A DNA stretch of 64,000 bases, taken from NCBI GenBank assembly GCA_016217925.1, contig JACRFK010000003.1, positions 207,656-271,655 on the forward strand. Reading direction: 5' to 3'. The position numbers and the translations under genes were made by a program. Of this stretch, positions 18,218 to 28,164 are shown piece by piece. Position 1 is the stretch's first letter. The number at the start of each line of letters is the position of its first letter. A model generated the notes under the pieces. That model saw only the letters and a program-made list of their open reading frames with translations, was not told the DNA's origin and did no database searches. The DNA comes from Candidatus Kaiserbacteria bacterium. Lineage in GTDB: Bacteria > Patescibacteriota > Minisyncoccia > Phycocordibacterales > UBA2100.

Positions 18218-18308
18218 TCCTTCCTCCACGGGAAAACAGATGTTTTCCCGACCCCTTTCTTCTGCAAACGGTTCTTGCTGCAGCTTGTTACGTGTAATCG
18301 AACAAACT

Positions 18309-18467
18309 TTATTTCTTGGCTTCCTTATGTTTAGTATGTGCTTTACACCATTTGCAGTACTTCTTGAGCTCAATTTTGCGCGTGACAAGCTTGCGATTCT
18401 TGCGCGACCAATAATTGGTACGGTCGCATTTTGAGCAAGCTAGTTTAAAAAGTTGATCTTGGGACAT
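18309..18467 (-). CDS. rpmG: 50S ribosomal protein L33
   Basis: 52 aa MSQDQLFKLACSKCDRTNYWSRKNRKLVTRKIELKKYCKWCKAHTKHKEAKK: C..C...NY..KN......LELKKYC.WC..HT.H.E.K zinc-ribbon L33 signature. Below ORF-track cutoff. AT-rich relative to genome. Confidence 0.8.
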   Translation of the reverse strand: MSQDQLFKLACSKCDRTNYWSRKNRKLVTRKIELKKYCKWCKAHTKHKEAKK

Positions 18468-18490
18468 AATATGTTTGTTATATCATAAGC

Positions 18491-18540
18491 TCCGACGCTT
18501 TCGGTCGGAGTCCCGACTGCTTCAGGCACGTCGGGATTGA
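18491..18540. repeat. structured double-hairpin repeat R3 (copy 1)
   Basis: TCCGACGCTTTCGGTCGGA and TCCCGAC..GTCGGGA hairpins; related copy at 39782..39830. Confidence 0.5.
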
Positions 18541-18587
18541 TCCTGTGACATGCGCGACACTATACAGAAAACCCTCTAATTACGCAA

Positions 18588-19025
18588 CTATACGAGCGCC
18601 GAGGCGTGCGAGAAGAGCTCACACACTTTGTTCCACGGGCCAAAACCTCCGCTCTGGTTGGTAAGCGTTTTCATGAGCGTATCCACCACGAGCCACCCGG
18701 CGAGGATGATGACGAGCCCGATGGCAACATTCGCAAATATCTCTTTGGCGCGTGAGACCTCATTGCCTGCCACGCTTGTGAGGTAGAGCCACCCCGCCCA
18801 TGCAAAAAGCACTGCTGAGAGGAACACCGCGATATAAATGCCGGTGTTGAGGACATTCTGTGCGACCGTCGCAATATCACAGATCGATTGGCAGCCGCCA
18901 ACGACATTACATTCCTTCGGTACTATCTGTCCCGGCAGTGCATTTGCCGCGAGTACGACAGACGGGGCGACGATAAAAACTACTATAAAAAGAGCGAGGC
19001 TCCGAACCAACTCTCTGCGGGTCAT
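18588..19025 (-). CDS. TrbC/VirB2-like pilin family small two-TM protein (6th paralog)
   Basis: Signal/TM, then two TMs with acidic loop AGNEVSRAKEIF...IGLVIILAGWLVVDTL; same architecture as the 28339..30516 cluster. Start at internal MTRRELV. Confidence 0.45.
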   Translation of the reverse strand: MTRRELVRSLALFIVVFIVAPSVVLAANALPGQIVPKECNVVGGCQSICDIATVAQNVLNTGIYIAVFLSAVLFAWAGWLYLTSVAGNEVSRAKEIFANVAIGLVIILAGWLVVDTLMKTLTNQSGGFGPWNKVCELFSHASALV

Positions 19026-19071
19026 GGAAATATTGTAGCATGCGGAAAAATACGGCATACTGTGCACTGTT

Positions 19072-19154
19072 GCGTCGGTGGCAGAGTGGTCAAATGCACA
19101 TGGCTGTAAACCATGCGACTTCGGTCTACGGAGGTTCGAATCCTCCCCGGCGCA
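19072..19154 (+). tRNA. tRNA-Tyr (anticodon GTA), type II
   Basis: GCGTCGG...CATGG CTGTAAA CCATG, long variable arm, GGTTCGAATCC, CCGGCGC A. Confidence 0.8.
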
Positions 19155-19155
19155 C

Positions 19156-19368
19156 ATGAGGGAAATTCTGTTGTTCATCGTTATCACTATGGTCGCCTAC
19201 GACCTGTCTATCCACCTGATTTATCTATTCCAAAGGGAAACATTCTTCATACAGAGAAAACTCAACTATTGGCCTAATTGGCCCGGCCATGATCACAACT
19301 ACCAGATATTCTGGAGTATCTTCTGGGGAACGGCGTTCGCCCTGCTTGTGACGTATACGCTCACGTAA
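19156..19368 (+). CDS. hypothetical small membrane protein (2 TM), low-GC
   Basis: ATG immediately after tRNA-Tyr; MREILLFIVITMVAY... hydrophobic; GC about 42%. Confidence 0.3.
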   Translation: MREILLFIVITMVAYDLSIHLIYLFQRETFFIQRKLNYWPNWPGHDHNYQIFWSIFWGTAFALLVTYTLT

Positions 19369-19378
19369 ACAACCGACC

Positions 19379-22105
19379 TTACGCGGCAATCTTTGCGCGA
19401 GAGCGGGCGCCACGATGGCGTTCCGGGCCTTTGCGCACGTCGAACTTGAAGTCGCCCTGGCCGGGCAGGCCTTTCTTACCGTTGTCCGCTCCGCTTGACG
19501 GATCAAAATCCACAGTAACGGAACCTCCCTCCATGACCCCGCGGGCGACCATCATATTGGCCACCGCCGTAAGTATCTTCGTCTGAATGAGACGCTTGAG
19601 CGGACGCGCTCCGTACTGCGGGTTGTAGCCTTCCTTCGCCAAGTGCGCTATCGCCGCTTCTGTGAGAGTAAGTTTGATCTGTTTTTCTTCCAATCGTTTG
19701 GCGACGATATCGGTCTGCATGCGCACGATATCCATGATGGCATCGGTCGAAAGGATATTGAAGAGAACTATCTCGTCGAGACGGTTCAGGAATTCGGGGC
19801 GGAAGAACTCTTTGAGCGCGCCCATTACCTTTTCCTTCACCTGTTCGTAACGCTCACCTTCGGTCTTGGAAAGGCCGCTTCCGAAACCAAGACCCGACAT
19901 CTTGTCGATGTGCTCGGAACCGATATTGGAGGTCATGATAATGACCGAGTTCTTGAAATTGACCACGCGGCCCTTCGCATCTGTCAGTCGGCCGTTGTCG
20001 AGGACCTGAAGAAGGATGTTGAACACTTCCGGATGCGCCTTTTCGATCTCATCGAAGAGAATGACCGAATACGGGCGATGGCGTACGAGCTCGGTCAATC
20101 CCCCGCCCTCGTCGTAGCCGACATAGCCCGGCGGGCTGCCTATCATCTTGGAGACAGAATGTTTCTCCATGTACTCGGACATATCGACGCGGATCAAAGC
20201 TTTTTCGCTGTTGAAAAGGAAGTCGGCAAGCGCACGAGTAAGCTCGGTCTTACCCACACCTGTAGGACCGAGGAAAAGGAACGAGCCCACCGGACGGTTG
20301 GGATCGGCAATCCCCGCGCGGCTGCGCTTGATGGCATCTGAAACTTTTTGCACCGCTTCATCCTGGCCCACGATACGGGTTTTCAGTTCGGATTCCATGC
20401 GTGAGAGCTTCTCGGCTTCTTCTTCAAGCATTCGCGAGACAGGCACACCGGTCCAACGGGAGACGACCGCGGCGATGTCTTCTTCGGTGATCTCTTCTTT
20501 CAATACGCGGCGTGTCTGCTGGAGCTTCTTCAGGCGTTTCTGTGCTGTCTCGATCTCTTTTTCGAGCAGCGGTATCTTGCCGTAGCGCATCTCGGCGGTC
20601 TTGGTGAAATCTGCGGCAGCCTCCGCTGAATCAGCTTCGATGCGCGCTTGCTCAAGCTCATTCTTGGCGCGTTTTATCTCAACGAGCGTATCTTTTTCGT
20701 TCTTCCATTTCACCTCAAGCTCACGTGTCGAATCGCGAAGGTCCGCGATTTCCTTCTCTATTGTGCGCGTCCTCGTACGGGCCTTGCCTTCCTCGGCTTC
20801 GGATTCTTTCTTGAGTGCTTCCCGCTCAATCTCCAGGCGCGTTACCTTGCGATGTGCCTCTTCGAGTATCGGCGGCTTGTTCTCGAGCGAGAGTCTGAGT
20901 GCGGAGGATGCCTCGTCGATGAGGTCTATGGCTTTGTCCGGCAAGAATCGCTCCGTGATATAGCGAGCAGAGAGTTGCACGGCCGCGATCATCGCATCGT
21001 CAGTAATGTGTACACCGTGGTAGAGCTCATACCGTTCTTTCAGCCCGCGCAAAATAGCGATGGCGTCCTCGATGGAAGGCTCATTGATGTACACGGGCTG
21101 AAAACGGCGCGTGAGAGCCGCATCGTGCTCAATGTGCTTTTGGTACTCTTTGATAGTGGTCGCGCCGATGACGCGGATGTCGCCGCGTGCGAGCGCCGGC
21201 TTCAGCATATTGGAAGCGTCCATTGAGCCCTCAGCCGCCCCGGCACCAACGAGCGTGTGTATCTCATCGATAAAAAGAATTATCTTGCCTTCTGAGCGCT
21301 CGACCTCTTTCATGACCGCCTTGAGCCGCTCTTCAAATTCCCCGCGATATTTGGTGCCCGCGATAAGGAGCCCCAGGTCAAGCTGGATTATTTCCTTGCC
21401 ACGCAGCGATTCGGGCACGTCCGACGAAGCGATGCGTTGAGCCAAGCCTTCTGCGACGGCGGTCTTCCCCACACCGGCCTCGCCGATAAGAATGGGATTA
21501 TTTTTGGTGCGACGCGAGAGTATTTGTATCACGCGTGTGATCTCCTGGTCGCGGCCAATGACCGGATCGAGCTTGTTCTCGCGTGCGCGGTCGGTGAGCG
21601 AACGCGCGAATTTTGCGAGAGCGCGGGGCTTTGACGGCGCATCAGTGTCGCGTATTTTTCCCTCTTTAATGTCCGTAAGCACGCGTGCGAGAGCGGCGCG
21701 ATCGATGCGAAAACGTGTCAGGATATCGGCTGCTGGACCGGGGTGTTCGGTGATGCCGAGCAAGAGGTGTTCCGGCGAGACGAACTGGTCGTTGAAAGAT
21801 GCCGCGATGCGCGGTGCCGCCTCGAACACCCGCACAAGCTCGGGTGTGAGGTAGAGCTGGAAGGATGGTGAGACCGCGGTATTGCCCGAGACGCCTTCTA
21901 TCAACTCCAATATCGAATCCGAAAGGTGTGCGACATCTATCTCGCCCTGCTCGAGCATGGGCACCACCATCGTCTCTTCCTGCATCAAAAGCGCCGCAAA
22001 GAGGTGCAACGTGGAGACCTGATTGTGTCCGCGCTCTACGGCAAGCTGATGCGAGCGGTGTATCGCTTCCTTTGCCTTCGTCGTGTAATTATTGAATGGA
22101 GCCAT
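19379..22105 (-). CDS. clpB: ATP-dependent chaperone ClpB
   Basis: 908 aa; two AAA+ modules ([18 protein letters not shown]), middle coiled-coil, Clp N domain. Confidence 0.9.
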   Translation of the reverse strand: MAPFNNYTTKAKEAIHRSHQLAVERGHNQVSTLHLFAALLMQEETMVVPMLEQGEIDVAHLSDSILELIEGVSGNTAVSPSFQLYLTPELVRVFEAAPRIAASFNDQFVSPEHLLLGITEHPGPAADILTRFRIDRAALARVLTDIKEGKIRDTDAPSKPRALAKFARSLTDRARENKLDPVIGRDQEITRVIQILSRRTKNNPILIGEAGVGKTAVAEGLAQRIASSDVPESLRGKEIIQLDLGLLIAGTKYRGEFEERLKAVMKEVERSEGKIILFIDEIHTLVGAGAAEGSMDASNMLKPALARGDIRVIGATTIKEYQKHIEHDAALTRRFQPVYINEPSIEDAIAILRGLKERYELYHGVHITDDAMIAAVQLSARYITERFLPDKAIDLIDEASSALRLSLENKPPILEEAHRKVTRLEIEREALKKESEAEEGKARTRTRTIEKEIADLRDSTRELEVKWKNEKDTLVEIKRAKNELEQARIEADSAEAAADFTKTAEMRYGKIPLLEKEIETAQKRLKKLQQTRRVLKEEITEEDIAAVVSRWTGVPVSRMLEEEAEKLSRMESELKTRIVGQDEAVQKVSDAIKRSRAGIADPNRPVGSFLFLGPTGVGKTELTRALADFLFNSEKALIRVDMSEYMEKHSVSKMIGSPPGYVGYDEGGGLTELVRHRPYSVILFDEIEKAHPEVFNILLQVLDNGRLTDAKGRVVNFKNSVIIMTSNIGSEHIDKMSGLGFGSGLSKTEGERYEQVKEKVMGALKEFFRPEFLNRLDEIVLFNILSTDAIMDIVRMQTDIVAKRLEEKQIKLTLTEAAIAHLAKEGYNPQYGARPLKRLIQTKILTAVANMMVARGVMEGGSVTVDFDPSSGADNGKKGLPGQGDFKFDVRKGPERHRGARSRAKIAA

Positions 22106-22169
22106 ATAGAAAAAAGCATTCAGCTTTTCGTTCTCAGCTTACCGCAAAAAATAGAAAATTCAAATACCT

Positions 22170-23000
22170 CTATTCCTGTGTTTCGTCTTTCTTCTCTTCT
22201 TTCTTCATGAGGACGGACGCGGAAACGAATCCCGTTGGAGAGGCCGCGCGGGCGACTCCGGTACGGAGTCCTAAAATGCTTCCTTCCGTTGTAATGAGCG
22301 GGGAGCCTGCGAATATCGACTCCGGCCCCAGGTCGGTATCTATGACTTGCGGTCCCTCTTCAGCCGAGGACGCAATAAGCGCGGTGACGATTCCTGTTCC
22401 GACCCTCGGGGTCGATTTTCCGCCTATCGCTATCACCGTCGTTCCCAGTGTCGGACGAACTCCCGCTATTGAGATGGGGCTCCAGACTACCGACTTGCCT
22501 TCCGTGGTCGTTGTTGCCGAGGCGAAGTACGCTATCGCCGAGGTCGCGTCCTGCGAGGTCAGCGCGACGCGCACACGTGAACCGCTCGCAAGTTCGGCGA
22601 TGGCTACATCACCTTCCTTAAACATATCCGCGTCGCTCACGATAGTGCCCGAAGCGTCCATCACGACCCCGAGGGCCAGGAATGCGGGGGTATCGGTGCT
22701 CGTCGTAAAGAGGCGCACCACCGAAGGATTCACGCGCGTGAGCGCTTGGGAAATGAGGTCGGACTCTTTGACGACGACGGTCTTCTCCTGGGTGATAATC
22801 GTCGAAGCTGTTTGACCCTTCGGCTCGACGGCGACCGTCTCGATAGTACGCTCGATGATGCGGTTGACTGTTTGTGCAACGACCGGCGGTGCTTGATCCA
22901 TGAGGGAAACGGTGACGATGCCCGTCGCGATAGAGGTAACGAAAGACACGAGGAGTGTGAGCAGAACAATCTGGGATTTGGTCAGTTGCTCCATGTTCAT
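22170..23000 (-). CDS. membrane-anchored trypsin-like (S1) serine protease domain protein
   Basis: N-terminal TM; GxSxxP region FAGSPLITTEGSILG; PA-clan-like beta-rich sequence. Confidence 0.45.
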   Translation of the reverse strand: MNMEQLTKSQIVLLTLLVSFVTSIATGIVTVSLMDQAPPVVAQTVNRIIERTIETVAVEPKGQTASTIITQEKTVVVKESDLISQALTRVNPSVVRLFTTSTDTPAFLALGVVMDASGTIVSDADMFKEGDVAIAELASGSRVRVALTSQDATSAIAYFASATTTTEGKSVVWSPISIAGVRPTLGTTVIAIGGKSTPRVGTGIVTALIASSAEEGPQVIDTDLGPESIFAGSPLITTEGSILGLRTGVARAASPTGFVSASVLMKKEEKKDETQE

Positions 23001-23039
23001 AGCCGCATCGTATCACAACGTCATGAAATGAATCAAACC

Positions 23040-24257
23040 CTAGCCGATCAGCACTTTCTCGAGGATATCGAGCGTCTTCTTGATACCCTGTTCGGCGGTA
23101 TCGCGGCCGAGGGAAAAACGCAGGGTGTTTTTGGCCCGCCATTCGGGACCGCCGAGCGCCGCGACGACATGCGAGTCCGTTTCCCCCTCGCGACACGCGC
23201 TTTTTGTAGAAAGAGCAACGCCGAAGTGGTCGAGCTGAAGTGCAAGGTACTCCCCGCTCTTGTCGCCGGGCACTGATATGTTGAGCATGTGCGGAAGCGC
23301 GTGCCTGAGGTCGCCATTTACGATAATGCCTGGAATGCGGGCGACGATTTCGCGCGCAAAATCGTCGCGCAATTTCCGCAAGCGCTTCGTCTCTTTACCG
23401 CGCTCCGAAGTGAAGACATCGAACGCCGCTGCAAAGCCCGCAGCAAGAGCGGGGTCTTCTGTGCCCGGCCGCAATCCGCGCTCCTGTCCGCCCCCGTACA
23501 TGACGGGCGATGCATGGGCGCGATTGCTGAGGTGGAGAGCGCCCACGCCCCGCGGGCCGTACAACTTGCCGGAGCCGAGACTGAACAGGTCAACGCCGAG
23601 CGAATTGACCTGCGGAGAGAGGTAGAGCGGTGCTTGACCCGCGTCGCTGTGGAAAAGGACGGTCGTCTTATTATCTTTTTCGTACCGGTGGAGTGCGTGC
23701 GCGATATTTGAAAGTGGCTGCACTGTACCGATCTCGTTATTGCCCCACCCGACGGAAACGAACACGGTCTCCGGTCGCAGTGCTTTCACCACGTGTTCCG
23801 CCGCTACTATGCCTTTTGAGTCCGGCTCCACATGCGTGACAGCTCCTCCCATACGCTCGACTTCGGCGAAACATTCGAGCACCGACGAGTGCTCGATAGA
23901 ACTTACGATCCAGTGCGTACCTTCGAGTGAGCGACGATGTATCTCAAGCGCCCGTGCAGTCCCGACGATGGCAATGGTATTCGACTCGGTGAGCCCTGAG
24001 GTGAAGACGAGTTCCCGCGCCTTACAGCCTAGGTGCTTCCCTATGCGTTCACGAGACGAGGTGAGCAGCCGCTTGGCGACAACTCCCTCTTCGTGCAGAG
24101 CGCCGGGATTCGCAAAAATACCCATCGCCTCGCTGAGGGCCTGTGCGGCCTTTTGATGCACGGGTGTCGCGCTTGCATAGTCGAGATAGATGCGCCGCGT
24201 ACCGAAAAGACTCATGTGAGAAGTGTACGCGGCGAATTTACAATTTCCAAGGCTCAA
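23040..24257 (-). CDS. cysteine desulfurase (class V aminotransferase, NifS/IscS-like)
   Basis: PLP-lysine region SLGSGKLYGPRGVGALH, SSIEHSSVLE, catalytic Cys STKSACREG. Confidence 0.8.
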   Translation of the reverse strand: MSLGNCKFAAYTSHMSLFGTRRIYLDYASATPVHQKAAQALSEAMGIFANPGALHEEGVVAKRLLTSSRERIGKHLGCKARELVFTSGLTESNTIAIVGTARALEIHRRSLEGTHWIVSSIEHSSVLECFAEVERMGGAVTHVEPDSKGIVAAEHVVKALRPETVFVSVGWGNNEIGTVQPLSNIAHALHRYEKDNKTTVLFHSDAGQAPLYLSPQVNSLGVDLFSLGSGKLYGPRGVGALHLSNRAHASPVMYGGGQERGLRPGTEDPALAAGFAAAFDVFTSERGKETKRLRKLRDDFAREIVARIPGIIVNGDLRHALPHMLNISVPGDKSGEYLALQLDHFGVALSTKSACREGETDSHVVAALGGPEWRAKNTLRFSLGRDTAEQGIKKTLDILEKVLIG

Positions 24258-24298
24258 TTTTCAATCAATTTCCAATGTCCCAGTTGTGCAAAATTGAA

Positions 24299-24328
24299 AA
24301 TTGCGAATTGAAAATTTCGGCGTATACT
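24299..24328 (+). promoter_or_regulatory. candidate sigma70-type promoter for infB within an AT-rich (AATTGAAAATT)n motif region
   Basis: TTGCGA, 16 nt, TATACT about 30 nt upstream of infB ATG; repeated CAATTTCCAAT/GAAAATT motifs at 24241..24317. Confidence 0.3.
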
Positions 24329-24358
24329 CTCGCAATCGTATGGCCACCTTCCCTTCCT

Positions 24359-25885
24359 ATGAAAACAGCAACTCACACGACAGAAAGGCCCCCTATCGTA
24401 GCGGTACTCGGGCACGTAGACCACGGTAAATCTACCCTCCTCGATTTCATCCGCAAATCAAATACCGTCGGGAAAGAGGCCGGCGGCATCACGCAACACG
24501 TCGCCGCCTATGAGGTAGTGCATATTTCGAAGAAACCCTCCTCCGCTAAAGCTTCGGAGGGCAAGCGCATCACATTCATCGACACCCCCGGGCACGCGGC
24601 CTTCAGCGCGATACGGGCACGGGGTGCGACTGCGGCGGATATCGCTATCCTTGTCGTTGCCGCCGACGACGGCGTGAAGGCACAAACGCTTGAGGCGCTG
24701 AAAAGCATCCGCGACGCGGGCACGCCATTCATCGTCGCCATCAACAAAATAGACAAACCGAATGCCGACCAGGAACGCACGATACGAACACTGCTCGACG
24801 AGAAGGTGTATCTGGAAAAATACGGCGGCGATGTGCCGTGGGCGGCGATATCGGCAAAAGTCGGCACCGGCGTCGAGGAACTCTTGGACCTCATCTTGCT
24901 TGTTGCCGAAATAGAAGGATTCACGGGCGATAAAGGTGCGCCCGCACATGGATACGTCATCGAAGCGCACCGTGATCAAAAACGAGGCCTCGCCGCGACG
25001 CTCATCATTACGAACGGCACTCTTCGCTCTGGTATGGCGGTACTCGCGGGACACGCTGTTGCACCTGTACGCATCATGGAGAGTACCGCGGGAAAATCGC
25101 TTCGCGAGGCCACCTTCTCGACCCCCGTACAGCTCGTTGGATTCGACGTCTTGCCACAGGTCGGCGAAGAGTTCCATGCATACAAGAATAAACGCGAAGC
25201 CGAAGCCGCGCGCCCCGCATTCGTACCGACGGATAGGCATGTCGCGAAAGCGCCGCTTGCCGAAGGCGAGACGGGTCCTTTCACGATGCCTGTCATCATT
25301 CGCGCCGACGCCTCCGGCTCGCTCGAGGCGATCGACCAGGAGATACCGAAGCTCGGCAGCGAGCACGCGCGCGTCCAGGTCGTGCAGTCGGGCATCGGAG
25401 CTGTTTCCGAGAACGACGTAAAGGCCGCCATCGCGAGTGACACCCCGGCGGTCGTCGTAGGGTTCAATGTCGGCATTGACGCCCCTGCGGCGGCACTCGC
25501 CCTTCAACACGGCATCCGTATCGAGACGTTCACTATCATTTATAAATTGACCGAGCGTCTCGCAGAACTCCTGCAAGAAACGGCCCCGAAGCGTAGAGTG
25601 GAGGCGATAACGGGAAAAGCCAAAGTACTAAAACAATTCGGAAGCCGTAAAGAGGAACACGTCATCGGGGGGAAGGTCTCGGAGGGCTTTCTCGAGCGCG
25701 GAAGCTCGGTGCGCATCATGCGGCGCGCTATCGAAGTCGGTGTCGGTAAGATCAAGAATATCCAAAGCAATAAACAGGACGTGAACCGCATCGAGGAAGG
25801 CCGCGAATTCGGAGCGCAGATCATCGCGCCATTCGAGATATCGCAGGGTGACACGCTGGAAGGATTCACGACGTCGATGGAATAA
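24359..25885 (+). CDS. infB: translation initiation factor IF-2 (minimal form)
   Basis: G1 GHVDHGKSTLLD, DTPGHAAF, NKIDK; C-terminal beta-barrel domains. Start at internal MKTATH. Confidence 0.85.
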   Translation: MKTATHTTERPPIVAVLGHVDHGKSTLLDFIRKSNTVGKEAGGITQHVAAYEVVHISKKPSSAKASEGKRITFIDTPGHAAFSAIRARGATAADIAILVVAADDGVKAQTLEALKSIRDAGTPFIVAINKIDKPNADQERTIRTLLDEKVYLEKYGGDVPWAAISAKVGTGVEELLDLILLVAEIEGFTGDKGAPAHGYVIEAHRDQKRGLAATLIITNGTLRSGMAVLAGHAVAPVRIMESTAGKSLREATFSTPVQLVGFDVLPQVGEEFHAYKNKREAEAARPAFVPTDRHVAKAPLAEGETGPFTMPVIIRADASGSLEAIDQEIPKLGSEHARVQVVQSGIGAVSENDVKAAIASDTPAVVVGFNVGIDAPAAALALQHGIRIETFTIIYKLTERLAELLQETAPKRRVEAITGKAKVLKQFGSRKEEHVIGGKVSEGFLERGSSVRIMRRAIEVGVGKIKNIQSNKQDVNRIEEGREFGAQIIAPFEISQGDTLEGFTTSME

Positions 25886-25894
25886 CTAACAACC

Positions 25895-26218
25895 ATGGAA
25901 TCACGAAGACAGACGCAGGTCTCGCAGCTTATATCCCAACTCGCCGGAGATTTTTTCGCGCGGGAATCCAATGTGAAGGCGCTTATCACCGTCACGCACG
26001 CCGATGTGTCCCCGTCTTTCAAGGAAGTAACAGTGTTCATTACTGTCCTACCGCAGACCATGGAGGAGCAGGCACTCAAATTCGCGAAGCGTGCCCGAAG
26101 TGATTTCCGCGAATATCTCAAGAAGCAGACACGATTGCATCCCATTCCCATCGCCGACTTCGCCATAGACTTAGGCGAGAAGAACCGACAGCGCATCGAT
26201 GAATTAACGAGAAATTGA
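25895..26218 (+). CDS. rbfA: ribosome-binding factor A
   Basis: 107 aa; RQTQVSQLISQLAGDFF...ITVTHADVSPSFKEVTVFI KH-like RbfA. Confidence 0.75.
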   Translation: MESRRQTQVSQLISQLAGDFFARESNVKALITVTHADVSPSFKEVTVFITVLPQTMEEQALKFAKRARSDFREYLKKQTRLHPIPIADFAIDLGEKNRQRIDELTRN

Positions 26219-26289
26219 GGCCACGGCGGGACTCGAACCCGCGCATAAGAGTTTTGCAGACTCCAGCGTTACCCCTTCGCCACGTGGCC
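26218..26289 (-). tRNA. tRNA-Cys (anticodon GCA)
   Basis: GGCCACG...GGAGT CTGCAAA ACTCT...GGTTCGAGTCC...CGTGGCC T. Confidence 0.8.
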
Positions 26290-26331
26290 AACGCGTGTAC
26301 TCTATCATAATTTAAGCTAAGATTGTCCGAG

Positions 26332-26415
26332 GTCGGGGTGGCGAAATTGGTAGACGCGCGTCACTTAAGATGACGTGACCGAAAGGTTCTGAGGGTTCGA
26401 TTCCCTCCCCCGACA
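26332..26415 (+). tRNA. tRNA-Leu (anticodon TAA), type II
   Basis: GTCGGGG...CGTCA CTTAAGA TGACG, long variable arm, GGTTCGATTCC, CCCCGAC A. Confidence 0.8.
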
Positions 26416-26416
26416 C

Positions 26417-27142
26417 ATGAAAACAACAAAGGATTACGTTGCCGCAATCTGGTTGCCGCTTTTTGCATTAGGCGTATTCGGGCTCTTCTATCTTGTGTGG
26501 ACACTGTTCGACCTACCGTCAAAAGAGGAGGTCATCTCGCTCGCGAAAGTATATTTTGAGCGCTATGGCATGCTTACCATCTTTGTCTCTGCGATTATCG
26601 AGGCGATGCTTTTCGCCGGTTGGTATTTCCCCGGCAGCTTCGTCATAGTCCTCGGCGTCATAATCGCGCACGACGACCTCACACAGGTATTCGGCGTCTA
26701 TGCGGCAACAACGCTTGGTTTCTGGGTCGCGTATACATTCAATTACTATGTCGGCGCGTACGGTTGGTACCGGCTTCTTCTCGCGCTCGGATTACGCGAA
26801 CCGCTCGAACGGGCGCAACGCCAGCTCGCGAAGTACGGCCCGCGCGCCATATTCTTCACCTACTGGCATCCCAATCTCGCCGCGCTTACCTCGACCGCCG
26901 CCGGCATCCTGCAGATTCCTTTCTACACATTTGCCTTGTACTCCGTCGTGGCATCGGCGCTCTACGACGCCATATGGACGGTCATCGGCTATTCTTTCGG
27001 GGCGTATTCACTGACGCTCATCGGCCCCACCTTTGTGCTTCCCATCATCGCAGTGTGGATGGTGATCAGCATCGTGTACCGCATCCAGCGTGAGCGCGCG
27101 CAAGAGACGGCCGATGCGGGCGTCGAGAGCCAAGAACAATGA
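26417..27142 (+). CDS. DedA/VTT-domain family membrane protein
   Basis: 241 aa polytopic; FFTYWHPNLAALTSTAAGILQIPFYTF typical of DedA/TVP38. Confidence 0.55.
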   Translation: MKTTKDYVAAIWLPLFALGVFGLFYLVWTLFDLPSKEEVISLAKVYFERYGMLTIFVSAIIEAMLFAGWYFPGSFVIVLGVIIAHDDLTQVFGVYAATTLGFWVAYTFNYYVGAYGWYRLLLALGLREPLERAQRQLAKYGPRAIFFTYWHPNLAALTSTAAGILQIPFYTFALYSVVASALYDAIWTVIGYSFGAYSLTLIGPTFVLPIIAVWMVISIVYRIQRERAQETADAGVESQEQ

Positions 27143-27846
27143 TACAATCTGCGCACATGGAACCGAATTCTGGTAAAAAATTGGAAATCGTCGTTGACGG
27201 CATGGCGTGGCAGCGCCTGCCTCTCAGAACGCACGTCGTCGGGAAAGACGACAACATCACGGACGTTGTAAAAAAGTACGCGAGTCCGTATCTACGGAGC
27301 GGCGACATTCTTTTTTTGAGCGAACGCATCGTCGCCATCAGCCAGGGGCGCGCATACCCTATCAAAGACATTCATCCTTCATGGCTCGCGAAGCTCTTGG
27401 TAAAATTCGTTCACAAATCCCCCTACGGCATCGGGCTCGGCAGTCCGTGGACAATGGAGCTTGCCATCCGCGAGGCTGGCGCGTTCCGCATGCTTGTGGC
27501 TGCGTTTGCCGCGGCGATTACGAAGCCGTTCGGGATGAAAGGAGTCTTTTACCACGTCGCGGGCAACAACGTGAACGCGATAGACGGTCCGTGCGACTAT
27601 ACGCTCCCGCCCTACAATGATTATGCGAAATTGGGTCCGGCCAAGCCGATGAAAGTCGCAAAAGAGTTGAGCGCAGAAATTGGCGCCGACGTAATCATCA
27701 TTGACGCCAACGATCTCGGCGCGGCGGTACTCGGCAAATCGAATCCGGATATTACTGACGCATTCTGCAAAGCAGTCTTTAAAGATAACCCGCTCGGTCA
27801 GTCGACAGAACAAACTCCGCTTTGTATCGTCAGAAAAGTCGCATAA
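27139..27846 (+). CDS. CofE-like protein (F420-0:gamma-glutamyl ligase family fold)
   Basis: 235 aa; GDILFLSERIVAISQGRAY and IIIDANDLGAAVLGKS resemble CofE/FbiB N-domain; ATGA overlap with upstream gene. Confidence 0.45.
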   Translation: MIQSAHMEPNSGKKLEIVVDGMAWQRLPLRTHVVGKDDNITDVVKKYASPYLRSGDILFLSERIVAISQGRAYPIKDIHPSWLAKLLVKFVHKSPYGIGLGSPWTMELAIREAGAFRMLVAAFAAAITKPFGMKGVFYHVAGNNVNAIDGPCDYTLPPYNDYAKLGPAKPMKVAKELSAEIGADVIIIDANDLGAAVLGKSNPDITDAFCKAVFKDNPLGQSTEQTPLCIVRKVA

Positions 27847-27877
27847 GGAAAATATTTTGTGTACAATCTCCTTGTAA

Positions 27878-27950
27878 CCGCCTATAGCTCAGCTGGTAGA
27901 GCAACTGCCTCTTAAGCAGTGGGTCCCTGGTTCGAATCCAGGTGGGCGGA
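27878..27950 (+). tRNA. tRNA-Lys (anticodon CTT)
   Basis: CCGCCTA...ACTGC CTCTTAA GCAGT...GGTTCGAATCC...TGGGCGG A. Confidence 0.75.
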
Positions 27951-28164
27951 CTTGAGACAAAAAGAGCACCTGCGTGCCCTTTTTGCTTACAAGTCCGAGA
28001 CGGAGCGCTGTGAGGCCAGCAGGCCGAACCGCGAGTCGTGGTCAGAAAATCTTTGCTGCGACGGCAGCAAAGATATTTGTGACGACGAAAAATCTGTTAG
28101 GATACGCGGGTTGGGCTCCCGATTTGTCTACGCCTCGCGCAGCTACAAATCGCAGTCCTCCTGA

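Noticed and set aside
18143-18388. 81-aa minus-strand ORF MSRAKLSS...MGKPWVSQSCLWCKAHTKHKEAKK
   Set aside because: Its 5' two-thirds overlaps intact rpmG in another frame. Only the last 24 codons (the L33 C-terminus homolog) look meaningful, so it is treated as a remnant rather than a gene.
19078-19368. ORF-track CDS MAEWSNAHGCKPCDFGLRRFESS...
   Set aside because: Its first 26 codons are the tRNA-Tyr gene read in frame; at most the downstream MREIL... portion could be a real small membrane protein.
22096-22815. 239-aa plus-strand ORF opposite the serine-protease gene
   Set aside because: Low-complexity Ser/Thr/Val-rich antisense frame; the minus-strand trypsin-like protein has TM plus protease motifs.
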